Assembly: GCA_938006335.1 (NCBI GenBank)
Contig: CALLMF010000001.1
Coordinates: forward strand, 30,253-94,252
Direction of reading: 5' to 3'
Length of the DNA: 64,000 nucleotides
Source: an uncultured Granulosicoccaceae bacterium
GTDB taxonomy: Bacteria; Pseudomonadota; Gammaproteobacteria; Granulosicoccales; Granulosicoccaceae
Below are positions 60,382 to 64,000 of the stretch, piece after piece (within the stretch, counting starts at the first letter, position 1; each line of letters opens with the position of its first letter). The position numbers and the translations under genes were made by a program. The notes beneath the pieces are model-generated. The model was not told where the DNA came from, searched no databases, and saw nothing but the letters and a program-made list of their open reading frames with translations.

Positions 60382-61608
60382 TCAGTAGTTCCAGAGCGTC
60401 CCGTCCTGTAGACGCACAACCGGATGGCTACCCGCAGCGTACTGGTAGCGCTGCGCTTGCTTCTCGTCGAAATCCACACCAAGCCCTGGCTCATCACTGA
60501 CCAGGAACATGCCGTTCTCGAGCGTGTGATCCGACGGAAACAAGGCATCGCACTCTGGAGTGCCCAGCACCAGGTATTCCTGAATACCGAAGTTGGGTGC
60601 CCAGACATTCAAGTGCGCCTGCGCCGCCATGGAAATCGGTGAATGGCTGGGCGCACCGTGGAATCCGGTACGCACATGATGCAAGCCTGCGAGATCAACG
60701 ATCCGCTTGACCTGTGTAATGCCACCGGCATACGTCACGGCCACGCGAATGAAGTCGATCAGCTCTTCCTCGATCAGCTGCTTGCAATCCCATACCGAAT
60801 TGAAGACTTCACCGATGGCAACAGGAACAGTGGAATGTTGTCGCAAGTAGCGCAGCGCAGACTGATCCTCAGCAGGCGTCGGGTCTTCCAACCAGTACAG
60901 ACCGATCGGTTCCACCGTCTTTGCAAACTGTGCAGCCTCGCGCGGAAGCAGGCGATGGTGCACATCGTGGAGCAACTTGAGGTCCGGACCAAAGTGCTCA
61001 CGAACGGCAGTGAGCGCATCCGGCATGTAACGCAGATAGCGCTCGGTATCCCAGATCTCGATCTTGGGTTGAATGCCACCAAAGTCCGTAATGTAGTGCT
61101 TGCTGTCCTCGCGCTTGTCAGCAACGCCGTAGCTTGAAACCGGCATGCCCGGTATGCCGCATTGCACACGCACCGCCTTGTATCCCTGCTCCACGTGAGC
61201 CGCGATCGATTCGACCAGCGTGTCAAGATCTGCGCCGGTGGCGTGGGCGTACACCATCGCCCCGCTGCGGCTCTTGCCACCAAACAATTGGTACAAGGGC
61301 ATCCCGGCAAGCTTTGCCTTGATATCCCACAAGGCGGTATCTATCGCGCCAAACGCCGCCATGGCGATCGGGCCTCTCCGAAAATACGCGCCTCGATAGA
61401 AAAACTGCCAGATATCTTCGCTGTTGCGAGGGTCACGCCCGACAAGAACAGGGATCAGGTAATCTTCGAGATACTTCGCTGGCAGTGTCTCGCGATTGTT
61501 CAGCGTTGCGTCACCCAGACCGTATACGCCCGCATCGGTGTATATCTTCAGCGTGACGTAATTCTTGCCCGGCCCTCCAACGAAGACCTTGGCATCCGTG
61601 ATCTTCAT
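60382..61608 (-). CDS. manD: D-mannonate dehydratase/RspA-like enolase-superfamily acid-sugar dehydratase
   Basis: Motifs GLGDATLN.RE, GAYFRRGPI, LLHDVHHRL, WLED, IGE and a C-terminal PVVRLQDGTLWNY. Confidence 0.8.
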   Translation of the reverse strand: MKITDAKVFVGGPGKNYVTLKIYTDAGVYGLGDATLNNRETLPAKYLEDYLIPVLVGRDPRNSEDIWQFFYRGAYFRRGPIAMAAFGAIDTALWDIKAKLAGMPLYQLFGGKSRSGAMVYAHATGADLDTLVESIAAHVEQGYKAVRVQCGIPGMPVSSYGVADKREDSKHYITDFGGIQPKIEIWDTERYLRYMPDALTAVREHFGPDLKLLHDVHHRLLPREAAQFAKTVEPIGLYWLEDPTPAEDQSALRYLRQHSTVPVAIGEVFNSVWDCKQLIEEELIDFIRVAVTYAGGITQVKRIVDLAGLHHVRTGFHGAPSHSPISMAAQAHLNVWAPNFGIQEYLVLGTPECDALFPSDHTLENGMFLVSDEPGLGVDFDEKQAQRYQYAAGSHPVVRLQDGTLWNY

Positions 61609-61610
61609 CG

Positions 61611-61994
61611 CTACTGCGCCTTCAATGCAGTCACTTCAATCTCGATCTTCATTCGTGGATCAGCGAGTCCGGCACTGATCATCATGGCGGCGGGCCCGAC
61701 AGGGCCAAACGCTTTTTTCAAGGCTGGCCAGCACAGCGGAAACTCCGCAGCAGTGGGCACCACGTAGTTGACACGCACCACATCCGCAAACGATGCATCT
61801 GCTTGCTTCAGAGCGTGCTCGATGTTGTCGAGACACTGCTGCGTCTGCTCGGCAATGTCGTCAGCGATAGTCATTGTCGAGTAGTCAAAGCCTGTGGTAC
61901 CTGACACGAAGACCCATGGATCCTGCCGCACCGCACGGCTGTATCCGATGTCTGACTCGAAGCTCGATCCGGACGTGATAAGCACTCTTGACAT
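61611..61994 (-). CDS. Rid (YjgF/UK114) family protein
   Basis: Motifs SGSSFE..IGYSRAV, VSGTTG and MKIEIEVTA. Confidence 0.88.
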   Translation of the reverse strand: MSRVLITSGSSFESDIGYSRAVRQDPWVFVSGTTGFDYSTMTIADDIAEQTQQCLDNIEHALKQADASFADVVRVNYVVPTAAEFPLCWPALKKAFGPVGPAAMMISAGLADPRMKIEIEVTALKAQ

Positions 61995-62132
61995 GTCATT
62001 GATTCTCGATCGTCTGCGGAGTCATCACGAATGATCACGATGTACTACCCAACGCACAGTTCCCCGCTAGTCGACAACTCGACACCATGAACTGCAAACC
62101 CGACACCTTGTTCTGCAACATGTCATCGCCGT

Positions 62133-62702
62133 TCAAACAAGAACCTCAGGTTTCACGATCGGCTTGCCGTCCGAATTGAAGAACACAGAGGGCCGGGCCA
62201 TACCCCTGAGCTTCCACACCAGCAGCTTTCGAGCGATTCTCAGAGTGATACCCAACGGAAATTTCGGCGCAGGGTTCGGATAGTCCGGCGTACCGATGGC
62301 GTGTTGGCACTGTACGTGTGCGAGTACAGGTCCGAGTACTTCTTCCCCTGTGCTCCCGGTTTTCATGAACCGGTGGATCAATCCCACCACGGGGAGTCCT
62401 GCGCCAAGCGTGTTTCCCACAGGAGTACTGCAACAATCGGTATACCAGCGCACCAGGCCCTTACGTGTCAGTCGCAAGCACCGAAGGTGCTCGATACCCT
62501 CGTTTATCTTCACCTGAGACTGGGAGGTCTGATAGATCTCCGTCCCGCCGAATTCATCCAACGTTACCTCACCCTTGCCCAGATGGTTAACAAACGCCTG
62601 GCAGTCGCTACAACAACACACCACCCGATTGCCACTCGCTGGCGTGACTCCGTGCACGACGCCACGTACTGCACCGCATTCGCATGAAAGATCAACGTCC
62701 AT
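62133..62702 (-). CDS. DUF6151/GFA-like zinc-binding protein
   Basis: Motifs CECG, CCCSDCQ, RWY..CC.TPVGNT. Confidence 0.75.
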   Translation of the reverse strand: MDVDLSCECGAVRGVVHGVTPASGNRVVCCCSDCQAFVNHLGKGEVTLDEFGGTEIYQTSQSQVKINEGIEHLRCLRLTRKGLVRWYTDCCSTPVGNTLGAGLPVVGLIHRFMKTGSTGEEVLGPVLAHVQCQHAIGTPDYPNPAPKFPLGITLRIARKLLVWKLRGMARPSVFFNSDGKPIVKPEVLV

Positions 62703-62801
62703 GAGCGTCCCGGGTTCGGCTATGCGGGCATTCTACATAAGGCGGGATTCAGCCTGAGCAGCACACAGCCTATCGGCGACCGGGAGGTTATCGATTCGTC
62801 G

Positions 62802-63068
62802 TCAGAAATCGATGGCCAAGGACAACTGGTGGACGACTCCACTGACTCCGGGATACCCCGCGACGGTCCTGATGACGGACTGCTCGGAGATCACGTCTTC
62901 CACCCACCCACGGATGACCGCCGTACCGTCAGCTTCGAGAAACACAGTGACGTTGCCACGCCCATGTACAGCTGACTGGGCAGCTCCGGCCAACGGCTGT
63001 GGGCCCAATGGCTCAAAGTGTGCGCAGCTGCCGAGCAACAGAACACCGATGAACGCTATTCGATTCAT
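62802..63068 (-). CDS. Small BON-domain-like lipoprotein
   Basis: Lipobox LLGS|C; V.V....GTAVIRGWV...V.GVSGVVHQL. Confidence 0.55.
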   Translation of the reverse strand: MNRIAFIGVLLLGSCAHFEPLGPQPLAGAAQSAVHGRGNVTVFLEADGTAVIRGWVEDVISEQSVIRTVAGYPGVSGVVHQLSLAIDF

Positions 63069-63259
63069 GAATACGGCACCTCGACCCGTGAACATGTCAG
63101 TACGACACCACGACGCACGAGAGGTTTACCGATTCACAGTCATTAGCGGGGGCTGTGGCAAAAAGGTAATGAGTTGACGGTGGGTCGCACGGGTTCGACG
63201 CGGATTCCCACAATCCGTATCCTGTAGCTCTTTCCAAGCTATTCGCGTCGGGTTCTTCC

Positions 63260-64000
63260 ATGGGCTGCCAGCATCACGATCCCTATCAAGACAGCACCGC
63301 AGGCGGTGCTCGGTCATTTACCGTGGCGATGCCGCGATTGTCGTTCGGGCGCGGCGTACTCGACGAGCTTGGCGAGCGAGCCAGCTGGCGAGGATTCACT
63401 CGTGTCGCCCTGTTTACCGACCCCCATCTGGTGGACGGCCCTCTGGTTGCGCGTGCAACGCGCTCTCTGGCGGCAGAAGGTATCGCGGTCACGGTATTCA
63501 GCGACATCCGCGTCGAACCGGACGACAACAGCGTAACCCTTGGAGCGGAGTTTCTCACCGGTGGCAGCTTCGACGGCCTGGTATCAGTGGGCGGTGGTTC
63601 GGTCATGGACACGGCCAAGGCAGCAGCGGCAGTTGCGGCCCACGGCGGACACATCGTCGAGTACTTTGCTGCCCCGGTCGGTGCTGGCAAGGCCATACGC
63701 GGGCCCGTGTTACCGCATATCGCCTGCGCAACCACGGCGGGCACCGGCTCGGAGTGCACGTCGATCTCGGTCATTCGTGTCAACGCACTGGACTGCAAGT
63801 TCGTCATTGCGAGCCCGTACCTGCTGCCGGTGGATGCCATTGTCGATCCGTCCTGCCTTGACTCGCTGCCCAACCATGCACTCGCCTCCACAGGCTTTGA
63901 TCTGTGTTGCCACGCCCTCGAATGCTGGACCGCACGTCCCTTTCAAACGCATGCAGCAGTGGCAGATCCGCGCGCCCGACAGTTGATACAAGGCAGCAAT
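63260..64000 (+). CDS. Iron-containing alcohol dehydrogenase family, hydroxyacid-oxoacid transhydrogenase-like (3' truncated; absent from the ORF track)
   Basis: Manual translation from ATG 63260 gives MGCQHHDP...FGRGVLDELG...VEPDD...VGGGSVMDTAK...TTAGTGSE...VDP...GFDLCCHALE, open to the window end. Confidence 0.85.
   Translation, partial: MGCQHHDPYQDSTAGGARSFTVAMPRLSFGRGVLDELGERASWRGFTRVALFTDPHLVDGPLVARATRSLAAEGIAVTVFSDIRVEPDDNSVTLGAEFLTGGSFDGLVSVGGGSVMDTAKAAAAVAAHGGHIVEYFAAPVGAGKAIRGPVLPHIACATTAGTGSECTSISVIRVNALDCKFVIASPYLLPVDAIVDPSCLDSLPNHALASTGFDLCCHALECWTARPFQTHAAVADPRARQLIQGSN

Overview
This is a GC-rich bacterial chromosome segment whose core genes look gammaproteobacterial (gmk-rpoZ-spoT-ridA-recG, sucAB-lpdA-sucCD, T2SS gspG-N, envC-ctpA). 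A marine or alga-associated host is plausible but is only inferred from the alginate locus. Most of the window is housekeeping. Six items stand out. (1) At 12.35-14.9 kb, an orphan AHH/HNH-like nuclease toxin ORF is translationally coupled (ATGA overlap) to a 684-aa putative immunity protein made of two tandem ~340-aa copies. (2) An Agrobacterium/Sphingomonas-type alginate-oligomer locus (GntR, ABC transporter, PL15 exo-lyase) ends in a MATE transporter rather than a DEH reductase. (3) A 350-bp hairpin-rich non-coding element bounded by 26-nt inverted repeats lies between pldA and gntR. (4) A PGPGW membrane domain is fused in frame to EnvC. (5) A divergent isocitrate/isopropylmalate-dehydrogenase-family gene heads the suc operon. 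(6) Rhombosortase sits head-to-head with the T2SS pseudopilin operon. I found no rRNA, tRNA, CRISPR array or intact transposase. Family assignments come from recalled motifs, not database searches.
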